Positions 10,431 through 19,895 of a stretch of DNA of 64,000 bases are shown piece after piece. The stretch is from the NCBI GenBank assembly GCA_036170915.1, contig JAVHQC010000022.1:96001-160000 (forward strand). The letters run 5' to 3'. The notes beneath the pieces were generated by a model. It did not search any database. It saw only the letters and a list, made by a program, of their open reading frames with translations, and was not told the origin of the DNA. Position numbers and translations under genes: made by a program. Numbering within the stretch: position 1 is the first letter of the stretch; every line of letters starts with the position of its first letter. The DNA is from Cyanobacteria bacterium auto_48_18. GTDB taxonomy: Bacteria > Cyanobacteriota > Vampirovibrionia > Obscuribacterales > Obscuribacteraceae.

Positions 10431-10793
10431 GTGATTAGATACGTCAATAAGACAAAAAACACAGTACTTGCCGAACGTGTACGCTACGCAAAAACATTTA
10501 TGAGCAGACTCAAAGGTCTGCTCGGCACTTCGGCGCTATCTGATGGCGATGGACTCTTAATTGCACCTTGCAGCAGCATTCACATGTTTGGCATGAAATA
10601 CGCCATCGATTGCGTTTTTCTTGATAAACACAACACTGTTGTTGGTCTGGTAGAAAACATTCAGCCCGGCAAAATGTCGAAGACTTTCAGTAATGCCAGC
10701 CAGTGTCTGGAATTGCCTGCCGGTAAGATTGCCCGCACCGGCACAACGGTGGGCAATGCTCTTACCGTAGAAAACACCACTTCTGGCGTTTAA
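10431..10793 (+). CDS. DUF192-domain protein
   Basis: RLKGLLG, GLLIAPCSSIHMFGMKYAIDCVFLD, LELPAG. Confidence 0.9.
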   Translation: MIRYVNKTKNTVLAERVRYAKTFMSRLKGLLGTSALSDGDGLLIAPCSSIHMFGMKYAIDCVFLDKHNTVVGLVENIQPGKMSKTFSNASQCLELPAGKIARTGTTVGNALTVENTTSGV

Positions 10794-10830
10794 TTTAACG
10801 GGTTTGTCATAACTGGTGCTAAATGTGGTG

Positions 10831-12216
10831 TCACTTGCTGTCGCCGGCAATCTCGCTCGTTTGCTCTGATGAAATGGCACATGCTTCATGGCGCAGGCAG
10901 ATGCCATGCAACAAACATAGAAAGACATTGATGAAAGCGAATGGCAAAGTGATGCAAGCTTCGCCGAGAATATTTTTGCCGGGTGCGCACATGAAGATTG
11001 CCCAACCCATCGGCGCGTAGAGCAACATGATGATTGTCAAAATTTCTTCGGGCCAGAAAAATGTTTTTGTTTCGAGCGAAAGATAGCGGCTATAAAGGCT
11101 TGCCGACAGACTCGATGGCATAGTGAGCAAGACCGGCACGCAGAGTAGGATGCAGTCATATATATTTGTGTGGGGGCTAGTGGTCAGACAGACACATACG
11201 GTCAGCGCCACCAAACGGGCTGTCAAATCTGGGCGGTTTCGACCAACTTTGTACCAGAGAACAAATAAGGCTGCCATGGCCGCAAGACCAAGATAGGACG
11301 TTATTTGCATGGCTGCATGCGGATTGCTGAACAGGCAGAATATGGCGCGCAAATTAACCATCTGTTCAGGAAAGACACCACTGTAAAGCGAAGTTTGATC
11401 TGCAAACAAAACGATTTTCGGAAAGTCGGTAATGTTTTTCATGCCTACTGTGGCTACCGCCATGGCCAGAAGAATGGCTTCTCCAGCAGCAGCAGCGGCA
11501 AGTATGCGCCAGCGAAAAGTAGCCATGGCTGGAATAGCAAGGAAAATGCAGTACTGCGGTTTTATTGCGGTAAGAGCCAGTGTTAACCCGGCAAACCAGT
11601 CTAACTTTTTGCTCTGTCGCAAAAACAGATAAAAATAGAGGGCAATCAAACCTAGCAAATAGAGGCTGAACTGACCAAGTGCATAGGCGCGAAACATTGG
11701 AATGGAAGCGAAAATCGCGAGCCAGAGAGTAAGAAAATTGAGGGCTTTGTGAAAAAATTTGCTCTTGCGCGAAAGTAGCCAGGTTGAGGCAATGGCGAAA
11801 ACTAAGCCAAGAGTCCAGTAAATGTGAAAAGCCTGACTCATGGGAAGTAGTGCCAGCGGCTTCATCAGCGGAAAATTTATGGGTGGATAAGCAATATACT
11901 CAATTGGTTTTTTTGGATCGGTTAGCGAATATTCGGTTAAGTATTTTTGCTGTAGATTAGCGTCGTAAACATTGGCTCGAACATAATCGTCTCCAGAAGC
12001 CATTTTGCCGCAGATATAATATTTGCTGAAATCAAGAAAGAGCATGTAGCTTTTTGCTCGCATGCTGTCGAATTCGTTTTTTGACCAGACAGTACCTTGT
12101 GCAGTGAGAAAAACAATGGCTATGCAAGCAATGACAGCAATATTGCCGGCGTCAAAGCAACGCACCAACCCACGCCATTTCAGTAGTGGAGGTCGCTCTT
12201 CACTGTTACTTTGCAT
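10831..12216 (-). CDS. GT87/DUF2029 family GT-C membrane glycosyltransferase
   Basis: DFSKYY, YPP, GQFS, KPQY, SPH..YD motifs; many TM helices. Confidence 0.82.
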   Translation of the reverse strand: MQSNSEERPPLLKWRGLVRCFDAGNIAVIACIAIVFLTAQGTVWSKNEFDSMRAKSYMLFLDFSKYYICGKMASGDDYVRANVYDANLQQKYLTEYSLTDPKKPIEYIAYPPINFPLMKPLALLPMSQAFHIYWTLGLVFAIASTWLLSRKSKFFHKALNFLTLWLAIFASIPMFRAYALGQFSLYLLGLIALYFYLFLRQSKKLDWFAGLTLALTAIKPQYCIFLAIPAMATFRWRILAAAAAGEAILLAMAVATVGMKNITDFPKIVLFADQTSLYSGVFPEQMVNLRAIFCLFSNPHAAMQITSYLGLAAMAALFVLWYKVGRNRPDLTARLVALTVCVCLTTSPHTNIYDCILLCVPVLLTMPSSLSASLYSRYLSLETKTFFWPEEILTIIMLLYAPMGWAIFMCAPGKNILGEACITLPFAFINVFLCLLHGICLRHEACAISSEQTSEIAGDSK

Positions 12217-13210
12217 TAACTTGACTCGAAATTTTCAAATGCGCCTTTTGCTCATGCCACCACTGGTAAGTTTTGCTCAAGCCGCTGTCAATATCGGTTT
12301 CTGCCTGCCAGCCAAAATGCTCTTTCGCTCTCTGGCAACATTCTTTGTGTCTCATTACTTCGGCCTTGCGATACTCGCTGGTGCCAATTCCGGTGGCGCC
12401 TTCATATCGACAGAGCCTTGCTATTTTTTCGGCCACATCTTTAAGTTTGCTTTCGGTGGAAGATCCTAGATTGAAAATCTGGCCAGTCAAGTCAGGGCGA
12501 AGACCAAGTATGGAGAGTGCTTCGATACAATCATCGACATAGACAAAATCACGCGTCTGCTCCCCCGGGCTCAGCGCCGGTGAGTGTCCGCTTAAATAGC
12601 TGCTGAACAAATAAGGAATCACCATGCCGCTGGCCTGGCCGGGACCATAGACCACTGAAGGTCTTGTGATGATCACAGGCAAATTGAATGCCTGGTGCTC
12701 GGCGACTAGAAACTGCGAACACGATGCTTTTGCTGCTGAATATGGAGATATTGGCGCCAGCATCTGATCTTCTTTGAAGGGAATTGCACCGCCGCCGTAT
12801 TCTTCAGAAGAACCGACGTGCACGAGCAAGGGCATATTGTCTAACTGCAGAATTGCTTGAGCCAGATTGACGGTGCCACCAAATGTGACGCGCACCTGCT
12901 CAGGTAATCTGGCGGCGCTGCGGTCGCCCGCCGGTAGTGCCGCTAAATGGAAGATTACCTGTGGTTTGATCTTGTTGAGAACCGTAGAAACCTGCTCGGC
13001 ATCACTGACGTCGAGCGTAATTGGTTTTATGTTTTTATTTTCGGTAAATGGATTATCGCTTTTTATTTGCCGAGCGCCACAGTACACCTGGGCCCCCTGC
13101 TGCGCCAGCCGTTGGGCCAGGTGCCTGCCCAGAAAGCCAGTGCTGCCAGTAATTAAAACTACGATGTTGAGATAATCGCTGATGTTTTTACTCTTTTATC
13201 TGTCGCTCAT
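12206..13210 (-). pseudogene. NAD-dependent sugar epimerase/dehydratase with in-frame TAA at codon 5 (or a non-canonical start)
   Basis: Manual reading from ATG 13210: MSDR*KSKNISDYLNIVVLITGSTGFLGRHL..., in frame with the track ORF 12206..13087, which carries HLAA, SSEEYG, PYSAAK, VYGPG and RDFVYV. Confidence 0.6.
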
Positions 13211-13260
13211 TAACTAACCGCTATAGACTCTTTTACCAGAAAACACCGCTGTTATCACTC

Positions 13261-13896
13261 TTAAGTGGCTGGCATTTGTGCAGCCTTAAAGTCTTTGCGA
13301 TATCGGTTCTGGAAGACAATGATGAATATATTGGAGAGCCAATAGGGCATCCAGGCGCAAGAATTTATAATCAGCTGACAATCTTCTTTCTTTAAAACCG
13401 CAAGAGCTCTAATGATCGCCTCTCTGGTGATTTTCTTTTTGCCTAGCTGCCACAGTGATCTAACTACGGTGCCAGCTCGATCATCTTTGAGTTGCATCTT
13501 TTTATGACAGGCCGTGCGCAAATTGATGGTTTGGTGTCTCTCTATTACTCGGAACTTGCTTGTTGCACCGTTGACAATAAAAGTGGGCTCTGCAGTCTTT
13601 TCGATTTTGAGCCCCATGTCCGCAGCAGCATTAGCGCCGTGCTGGAGGATTCTTTTGCCAAACGACTTGGCTTTTAAGGTGGCAATTTCTAAATCAGAAT
13701 AATGAGGTCTCCTTGTCAGTGCGCAAACAAACATGCCCCGCACAATACGCACCAACAAGCCTTCTTTGACCAGTCTAGCTAGTGCCTGATCAACGTTGTA
13801 TCTTAGGCCTACGCCAAGGCAATCTCTTGTCGTAAAAAGGGTTCCGGGTGGGAGAGATCGATAGTATCGAACTATCTTAGCGCGGCAGCTGTCCAT
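13261..13896 (-). CDS. DUF6088 family protein (AbiEi-like winged-helix antitoxin type)
   Basis: VDQALARLVKEGLLVRIVRGMF and GANAAADMGL motifs; GGAGG RBS. Confidence 0.8.
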   Translation of the reverse strand: MDSCRAKIVRYYRSLPPGTLFTTRDCLGVGLRYNVDQALARLVKEGLLVRIVRGMFVCALTRRPHYSDLEIATLKAKSFGKRILQHGANAAADMGLKIEKTAEPTFIVNGATSKFRVIERHQTINLRTACHKKMQLKDDRAGTVVRSLWQLGKKKITREAIIRALAVLKKEDCQLIINSCAWMPYWLSNIFIIVFQNRYRKDFKAAQMPAT

Positions 13897-14197
13897 AACG
13901 AACCTCCTTCAATCGGTGGATTAAGGTAGTGGTTCTTTGTAATACGTTTTTTTGCGGGGGGAAGTTCAATTCGCGTGCAAAAAAGTTCATTGGATCGTTG
14001 CGGCCGATGGGGGCAAGGGTTGGTGTTCTGTTGTTTTTGAGAAAATTCTGTAGGGGGACTTTCGGCCGAAAATCTGACAATTTTTGCCCAGTTAATTTTG
14101 TAAGAAAAATGGCCGAAGATCCCAGCGTATCGATTACTCAAATCAAAGCCAGGCCAGCACCCGCAGCCCCAAGCCAATAGTGAACCAAACCCCCTCG

Positions 14198-14947
14198 CTA
14201 TTCCGAAGAGCGCTTGGCTGAGACCCCTTGCAACCGTTTTCGCATAGCAAACATGTTGCCGAGAAATTCAAAAATTGTAGACATGCGCACGTTTGATTGG
14301 CCGCCCGCACGTTGCTTAAAAACAACTGGTACTTCTTCAATAGAAAAGCCAAGCTTTCTCGCTGCCAACATCATTTCAGCGTCAATGAACCAATCATTGC
14401 TGGTTAGCCCAAGTTGCCGCAAAGCCTTGCGTCTTAGTATCTTTGGCTTGCCGTTTATGTCATTGCAAATTGAGCCAAAGAACATTTTAAAAAGAAAGTT
14501 GTATCCCGTAGTTATTATCAAACGTTTGAAACCGTCTTCTCTTTTTACTCTGACAACTTTGACGATCTCAGCGTTTGAAATTTTTGCGGCGTTAAAAACT
14601 TTAACTACGTCTTCTGCCGAGATTTGTTCGTCTCCATCAATGTAACCAACAAGTTCGCCCCGTGCGGCCTCTAGCCCTGCTCGAATGCCGGCGCCATAAC
14701 CATGATTTTCAGCCAGGCTGACCAGCACAAGCTCGTGGTTGATAGCCGCTAGCGCTTGCGCCAACACGGGAGTTTGATCCAGGCAGCCATTGAGCACAAC
14801 TACCAATTCAAAAGCGTCCCCCGGAAAACTGCTTCGAAAGCGGCTCAGCAAGTTGGTAATCATGTTTTCTACATTGTCTTGCTCGTTGTAGCAAGTTGTG
14901 ACAATGGAGAATTTTAGTTCAAGACTTTCCAGCTTTTCACTGGGCAT
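14198..14947 (-). CDS. GT2 glycosyltransferase (polyprenol-phosphate sugar synthase-like)
   Basis: CYNEQD, NHGYGAG, IDGDEQ (DxD), IDAEM, EVPV.F..R.GGQS. Confidence 0.9.
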   Translation of the reverse strand: MPSEKLESLELKFSIVTTCYNEQDNVENMITNLLSRFRSSFPGDAFELVVVLNGCLDQTPVLAQALAAINHELVLVSLAENHGYGAGIRAGLEAARGELVGYIDGDEQISAEDVVKVFNAAKISNAEIVKVVRVKREDGFKRLIITTGYNFLFKMFFGSICNDINGKPKILRRKALRQLGLTSNDWFIDAEMMLAARKLGFSIEEVPVVFKQRAGGQSNVRMSTIFEFLGNMFAMRKRLQGVSAKRSSE

Positions 14948-16598
14948 TTTTGTTCTCTATGGCTGGTTCTGGAGCAAAAGAATATTCGCTCACCTCATAT
15001 GAACTTGCCCGGCCGGAGTACAACTTTGTCACTCCAATCTTGTGTAGTTTTTGCTGTAAGAATATTTCAAACTTATCAGTCACTTCCCGAGTAGGCATTT
15101 TGATTGAACTCGGCTTGTAAGTGTCCCGTATGAACACGATTTTTTCAAAACCCTGTTCTTTGTATTTGGCTAGCTTGCCCTCATAGACGGTCAAAATATT
15201 AGGATCGTGCCACCATGCGGCACGGTTTGCGTGGCGGGGTGGCAGAAGACCTGAATAAGGATCCGCGAAACCAAGTAATTCGGGCATCTCAGCCTGAGCG
15301 CATTCATGCTTCAAGTAGTAAACAAGAATAATGCCTACAAAGTCTGGAGCGGTTATAAATGCTGATTTGCCAAATTTGCCGCTGCTGATATCGCGAGCCA
15401 GAAGCCGCAATCCAGAACAATCTTGTCCGGCGCGGGCTATTGTTTCTAGCGCGCTCATGGACGCCATGGCCACAAGCGAGGCAATCAGGCAGCCTTTAAG
15501 TACTTTTTGTTTTGACTGGTTCAACTCACTTTCAAAATGTGGCCGCAATAAAGTTACGGCAAAGAGTGCCAGCAACACCCAACACGTGCAGGCTACCGGT
15601 GTCATATAGCGCACATAACCAAATATGTAAGGCGTGATAAAGCCAAATAATGAACACGATGCCGCCAGGCAGGCTGCTAATGTAACGATGCGTCCGTCGC
15701 TAACAATATGCTTTACTGACTGCCATATCTGTTTTGGTCTGAGCACCACCGCCAGGGCCAGCACAGTCGGAAAGACTAGGCTGACAAGCAAATAACCAGC
15801 TACCACAGGTAGTGGCAATGTGGCGCTTAAATTGCTGGCAAATACTGTGAGAAATTGGCTGATGGGCGTCACGTCAGCCCAGGGTGTGCCAACGCCGCGG
15901 TGATGATTGAGCACCGGCCACCAGAATAGCAACGGAATTACGGGAGCAGCCAGTGCCGGAATGGCATAAAGTGATTTGTTGTTTGACTGCTGACGGTAAA
16001 TGATAGACGCCAGGCCCATAATGCCAATGTACAAAACAGAGATATAGTGCGTCATCACCAGTAATGAACAACTGAGGGCCAACATTAATCCAGCGGGCAC
16101 GCTCGCTTTGCCATTCAAAAAACGCATGAATAGCGCCAGAGCAGACGCAGTGAGAAATCCGGCCACGGCATAGGTGCGTGCTTCATGGCTGTAAATGATG
16201 GCTAAAATTGAGATTGTGGCGAAGAAGGCAGACAGTAATCCAGTGGCGCTTTTGCCGCAGTTATCAGAGCCGGCCGCTTCCTTGCCTAGCAAATAGACAA
16301 CAGGAATGGTGAGCACACTAAAAATCAAAGAGGGCAGTGCCATCACAACTGAGTTAAAGCCCAGAAACATTGTGAACAATTTCAAAATGGAAAAATAAAC
16401 CGGCGGGCTCATTTCCACTTCTTTAATGCGGGTGACAAGATCGCCAAAATTTGAGGCTTCGACTACATAAGCGCTACAGGCGTCGTCAATGGTAACGCCG
16501 ATATTAAGAAGGGGAGCCCGCAGTGCGACGGCCAGACCCATCATTAATGCAACAACGAGCCAGTCTCTTTTATTATTGTTTTGGTCGGCAACGTTCAT
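14937..16598 (-). CDS. GT-C membrane glycosyltransferase (GT39/PMT_2-like)
   Basis: IDDA, PPVYF, LPSLIFS, YSHEARTYA, THY; multiple TM segments. Confidence 0.8.
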   Translation of the reverse strand: MNVADQNNNKRDWLVVALMMGLAVALRAPLLNIGVTIDDACSAYVVEASNFGDLVTRIKEVEMSPPVYFSILKLFTMFLGFNSVVMALPSLIFSVLTIPVVYLLGKEAAGSDNCGKSATGLLSAFFATISILAIIYSHEARTYAVAGFLTASALALFMRFLNGKASVPAGLMLALSCSLLVMTHYISVLYIGIMGLASIIYRQQSNNKSLYAIPALAAPVIPLLFWWPVLNHHRGVGTPWADVTPISQFLTVFASNLSATLPLPVVAGYLLVSLVFPTVLALAVVLRPKQIWQSVKHIVSDGRIVTLAACLAASCSLFGFITPYIFGYVRYMTPVACTCWVLLALFAVTLLRPHFESELNQSKQKVLKGCLIASLVAMASMSALETIARAGQDCSGLRLLARDISSGKFGKSAFITAPDFVGIILVYYLKHECAQAEMPELLGFADPYSGLLPPRHANRAAWWHDPNILTVYEGKLAKYKEQGFEKIVFIRDTYKPSSIKMPTREVTDKFEIFLQQKLHKIGVTKLYSGRASSYEVSEYSFAPEPAIENKNAQ

Positions 16599-16663
16599 CT
16601 ACAGAGCTATAGTGCCCTACTCGGGCGAGATTAACACAGTGACTAGCAGGTCTATTTATATAA

Positions 16664-18211
16664 ATGCCAAAGCAGTTGATTCCAAATCCTAATTTTGCAG
16701 GTGCGCCCGAAGGATGGACTCTGGTGGATGCAAGCAAAATCTCAATCGGCCAAGGCAACTGTATCGAACTGAGCGGCCGTCGTGAAGGAGAAGAGCCATC
16801 GGGCGTAATAATGACGCTAGAAAATGTGCCAACTGAGCACGTGCTGAATTTTTCCTGTAGCCTTCGTCGCGCTGAGATTGCCGACATTACATCGATAACG
16901 ATAACCGCTTACGATGCGGAAAAAGCTTTTGTTAGAAGATGGCAAAGCTGCTGGTTCACAGTCACAGAGAAGTGGACTACATATGAGGCGATATTTGTAG
17001 CACCTTCAAAAACTCATACTTTGGAAATTGCTATTCACAATTTTAGTGAAACTCCTGCACTGGTTAGAAAAGTCCATCTAGTAGTGCGAAATCCCATTGT
17101 CAGGAATTTTGCAGACGGCAACGCAACCACTGTGCTGGAAGTAAATTATTTGTCTGCAGTATGTGCCAGGCCTGGTGAAACACATGGTAGCGTGACCTTT
17201 CCCATTCCCGGGCTTTATAGAGAACAAATACCTCTGTCTTTCGAAATTTCGTCGAATCCAAAGTCAGCGCTCAAGAGCTATAAGATCTATCCGCGCGAAG
17301 ATGGTATCAATTGGCTTTGCCAGGCTGATTTGACAGTGGGCCAGTCAGTAACAATCAATTGGAAAGCACTAGTTTTAGTGTCAGGCAGAAAAAACATCTC
17401 GCTGCGAAAAACGAGTGCACCACCGGCTAGAAAGGTGACCCAATGGTTGAGAAGCACTGTCTGTGTACAATGTGACGATGCCGCTATTAAGAAAAAGGCG
17501 AAGGCACTGGTTAACGGAATGGATGACGTCGAGACGAAAGTGCGAAAAATATTGGAATTTGTTGCCACCCAGTCTGGCGACGGTAGCGCGTATGAGTCAT
17601 TGGATGCAAAAACCGCTTTACGTGCAGGAGGTTCCTGTACAAGCCGTGCTAATCTGACTGCCGCTTTGCTTCGCGCCTGCGGCATTGCCGCGCGAACAAT
17701 CGCCCACATACCAGTTAGTAGCTACTGGTTTGACATGCACTGGCTAACCGAATATTGGCATCCAGGCCATGGTTGGGTATGGCTCGAAACTTCGTGGAAC
17801 GAATTCGAACCAGCGCCAAATCAATTAATCGTCGTAGCTGTAGCTACTGCCGATGACGAAGACAAAAGTTTAGACCCCGTATATCTGCGTACAATCATGC
17901 CAGGAGCTGCATATCTTTCCACTTGCCTGGTGTCACCTGAACTAACTCTCGGTTACGGCTTTCGGCAAAATTTTTCTATGATGCTAGGGGCGTTAAGTGG
18001 TACTGATCGCCAAATGGAGCAATTGAATTTGCAGGCTAAGCGCGCTTTTATCCAAATGACAAAATCCAACTTAGCGACCGCAAATGCTACGAGGCGGACA
18101 GAAGAAATAATGGAAGCTGCTCGAAGTGGTAAGGCATCGTTGCTGTCCGCAGCATTGATAAAGAGAAACCGCTCTGTGCGCCCTGCAACATTAGTGTCAA
18201 AACCCAATTAG
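16664..18211 (+). CDS. Transglutaminase-like domain protein with N-terminal beta-sandwich (CBM-like) domain
   Basis: GGSCTSRANLTAALLRACGIAAR, HWLTEYW.PGHGWVWLE (Cys-His-Glu); N-terminal LIPNPNF. Confidence 0.8.
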   Translation: MPKQLIPNPNFAGAPEGWTLVDASKISIGQGNCIELSGRREGEEPSGVIMTLENVPTEHVLNFSCSLRRAEIADITSITITAYDAEKAFVRRWQSCWFTVTEKWTTYEAIFVAPSKTHTLEIAIHNFSETPALVRKVHLVVRNPIVRNFADGNATTVLEVNYLSAVCARPGETHGSVTFPIPGLYREQIPLSFEISSNPKSALKSYKIYPREDGINWLCQADLTVGQSVTINWKALVLVSGRKNISLRKTSAPPARKVTQWLRSTVCVQCDDAAIKKKAKALVNGMDDVETKVRKILEFVATQSGDGSAYESLDAKTALRAGGSCTSRANLTAALLRACGIAARTIAHIPVSSYWFDMHWLTEYWHPGHGWVWLETSWNEFEPAPNQLIVVAVATADDEDKSLDPVYLRTIMPGAAYLSTCLVSPELTLGYGFRQNFSMMLGALSGTDRQMEQLNLQAKRAFIQMTKSNLATANATRRTEEIMEAARSGKASLLSAALIKRNRSVRPATLVSKPN

Positions 18212-18221
18212 CCAGCATATT

Positions 18222-18561
18222 AAGTCGCAGTTAATTGCCACGGTGCTAGATCTCTTACCCTTCAGACAGCATCGTCCAGTATCCTTGCTAAGACTGCTTC
18301 GCCTGATAGTCTTTTAGCCTCGGCGATTTCGCTTGCGATTAGCGCACTGATTTCCAACAAAATTTGAGCGTAATCTTCTGGACTATCCAGGTATGCATTT
18401 ACAAAAAAGTTCGCGCCGTTTCCGTTTTCGACAGACCATACACGAATGAACTCATCTGCTTGAGTGGCTCCATCAAATGGCGGCGGCTTAAGCATCGTCG
18501 TAATCTCCCACCATTTTTTTTGATATTATCGAGAATCAATTTTTGACCAGCCGCTGCACTT
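18222..18561. repeat. Direct repeat copy 1 (~340 bp)
   Basis: Aligns by eye with 19361..19701, with about ten substitutions and two small indels. Confidence 0.95.
18262..18495 (-). CDS. DUF5076-like small protein, duplicated copy with frameshifted C-terminus
   Basis: Identical to 19394..19636 up to ARILD, then DAV* because of a 2-bp deletion. Confidence 0.6.
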   Translation of the reverse strand: MLKPPPFDGATQADEFIRVWSVENGNGANFFVNAYLDSPEDYAQILLEISALIASEIAEAKRLSGEAVLARILDDAV

Positions 18562-18595
18562 TTACCGGATCCATGAGTTCTATCGCCCCTTAGTC

Positions 18596-19288
18596 TCAAC
18601 GCCTTCTTTGATGAAAAAAACAACGCATTGCCAGCTGAATGCGCAGGCGATCACAACCAAAGTCCACACAGGTTTCGGGCCCGCATTCGGGGCCTAGCAT
18701 CTCCCACATTCGAGCCCTGCCGGCGCGCTCTTTTTCTCGTTCTGTTCGCTCAACATTTTGCAGAGTTTCCTCCGAATAAAAAGACTCTATCAGCTCTTTC
18801 TTTTTCGCTGTAAAAAACATGCCGTGTGTATATGAAGCAAAACAATAAGGTTCCACCTCTTCAATAAACTTCCAGAAATCGGAATTGTCAGGATCTGCGT
18901 CCACACCAGCGAGACTCAGTCTTCCGGCAATCTCGCTTTTGCTTAGCGGCTCGTCGATCAGCATCAGTTCTATATCGGCCCCATAATTTATTACAGGTTT
19001 TTCTGTGATCACATCGGAAAGGGCACAGTGTTCAGCCACCACCTGCCAGCCAGGTTTTGAACCGAAACAGGCGGCAGCCCCTCCAAACCAGTCAAAGTAA
19101 GTCATGAGAATCCGAAAGGGAGTTTGAGGAAGCTCAATGCAATCGAGAAAATCCCACGTGTAATATGGAGTTATCCAATAAAAATCACCGTGCTGCCCTT
19201 GCTTATAATTGCATCGAAATGTCCAATCTTTTAGATTGAGCCAATCGTCCACCTCTGGAATTGGCAGGTATTTATTGGGATCATGCAT
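18596..19288 (-). CDS. Hypothetical protein with C-terminal Cys/His cluster
   Basis: 230-aa ORF, acidic and aromatic-rich; ends CGPETCVDFGC..RCFFH. Confidence 0.7.
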   Translation of the reverse strand: MHDPNKYLPIPEVDDWLNLKDWTFRCNYKQGQHGDFYWITPYYTWDFLDCIELPQTPFRILMTYFDWFGGAAACFGSKPGWQVVAEHCALSDVITEKPVINYGADIELMLIDEPLSKSEIAGRLSLAGVDADPDNSDFWKFIEEVEPYCFASYTHGMFFTAKKKELIESFYSEETLQNVERTEREKERAGRARMWEMLGPECGPETCVDFGCDRLRIQLAMRCFFHQRRR

Positions 19289-19360
19289 ATTGGTTTAATC
19301 GGGCCTTTTACTAGACTCGCGCTTCAACAACAGTGCCAAAATCAAACTAGTCATCTTCTC

Positions 19361-19701
19361 AAGTCGCAGTCAATTGCCGCGGTGCTAGATCTCTTACCCT
19401 TCAGACAGCATCGTGTCCAGTATCCTTGCTAAGACTGCTTCGCCTGATAGTCTCTTAGCCTCTGCGATTTCGCTCGCGATTAGCGCACTGATTTCCAACA
19501 AAATTTGAGCGTAATCTTCTGGACTATCCAGGTATGCATTTACAAAAAAGTTCGCGCCGTTTCCGTTTTCGACAGACCATACACGAATGAACTCATCTGC
19601 TTGAGTGGCTCCATCAAATGGCGGAGGCTTAAGCATCGTCGAAATCTCCCACCATGGTTTTGATATTATCGAGAATCAATTTTTGACCAGCCTCTGCACT
19701 T
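19361..19701. repeat. Direct repeat copy 2 (~340 bp)
   Basis: See copy 1. Confidence 0.95.
19394..19636 (-). CDS. DUF5076-like small protein
   Basis: PPP..A..A.EFIRVW and P..YA.ILL.I...IA, paralogous to the upstream gene; overlaps its stop. Confidence 0.65.
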   Translation of the reverse strand: MLKPPPFDGATQADEFIRVWSVENGNGANFFVNAYLDSPEDYAQILLEISALIASEIAEAKRLSGEAVLARILDTMLSEG

Positions 19702-19895
19702 AAACTCCACGCTTTCGTTTTGGATTTTGCAATCTCGAATGCTACGTCAGCCAGCGCCAGTCCGAAAAATGCTGGGTCAGACCAGCCATCAGGGTCAACG
19801 TTGATTTGAAGCTTGTTGTCCACAATCCAGACTCGCAACACTTCTTTTGCATGCGCATTTTGTGTCAGCGCCTCGGGTATTTTAATCTCGCTCAA
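19629..19895 (-). CDS. DUF5076 family protein
   Basis: IPE......AKEVLRVWI...LQINV...WSDP.FFGLALADVA pattern; 4-bp overlap with the upstream gene. Confidence 0.72.
   Translation of the reverse strand: MSEIKIPEALTQNAHAKEVLRVWIVDNKLQINVDPDGWSDPAFFGLALADVAFEIAKSKTKAWSLSAEAGQKLILDNIKTMVGDFDDA

Noticed and set aside
18222..19701. Direct repeats as IS ends, integron attC sites or CRISPR
   Set aside because: The repeats are coding sequence, only two copies, with no terminal inverted repeats, attC boxes, transposase or spacers
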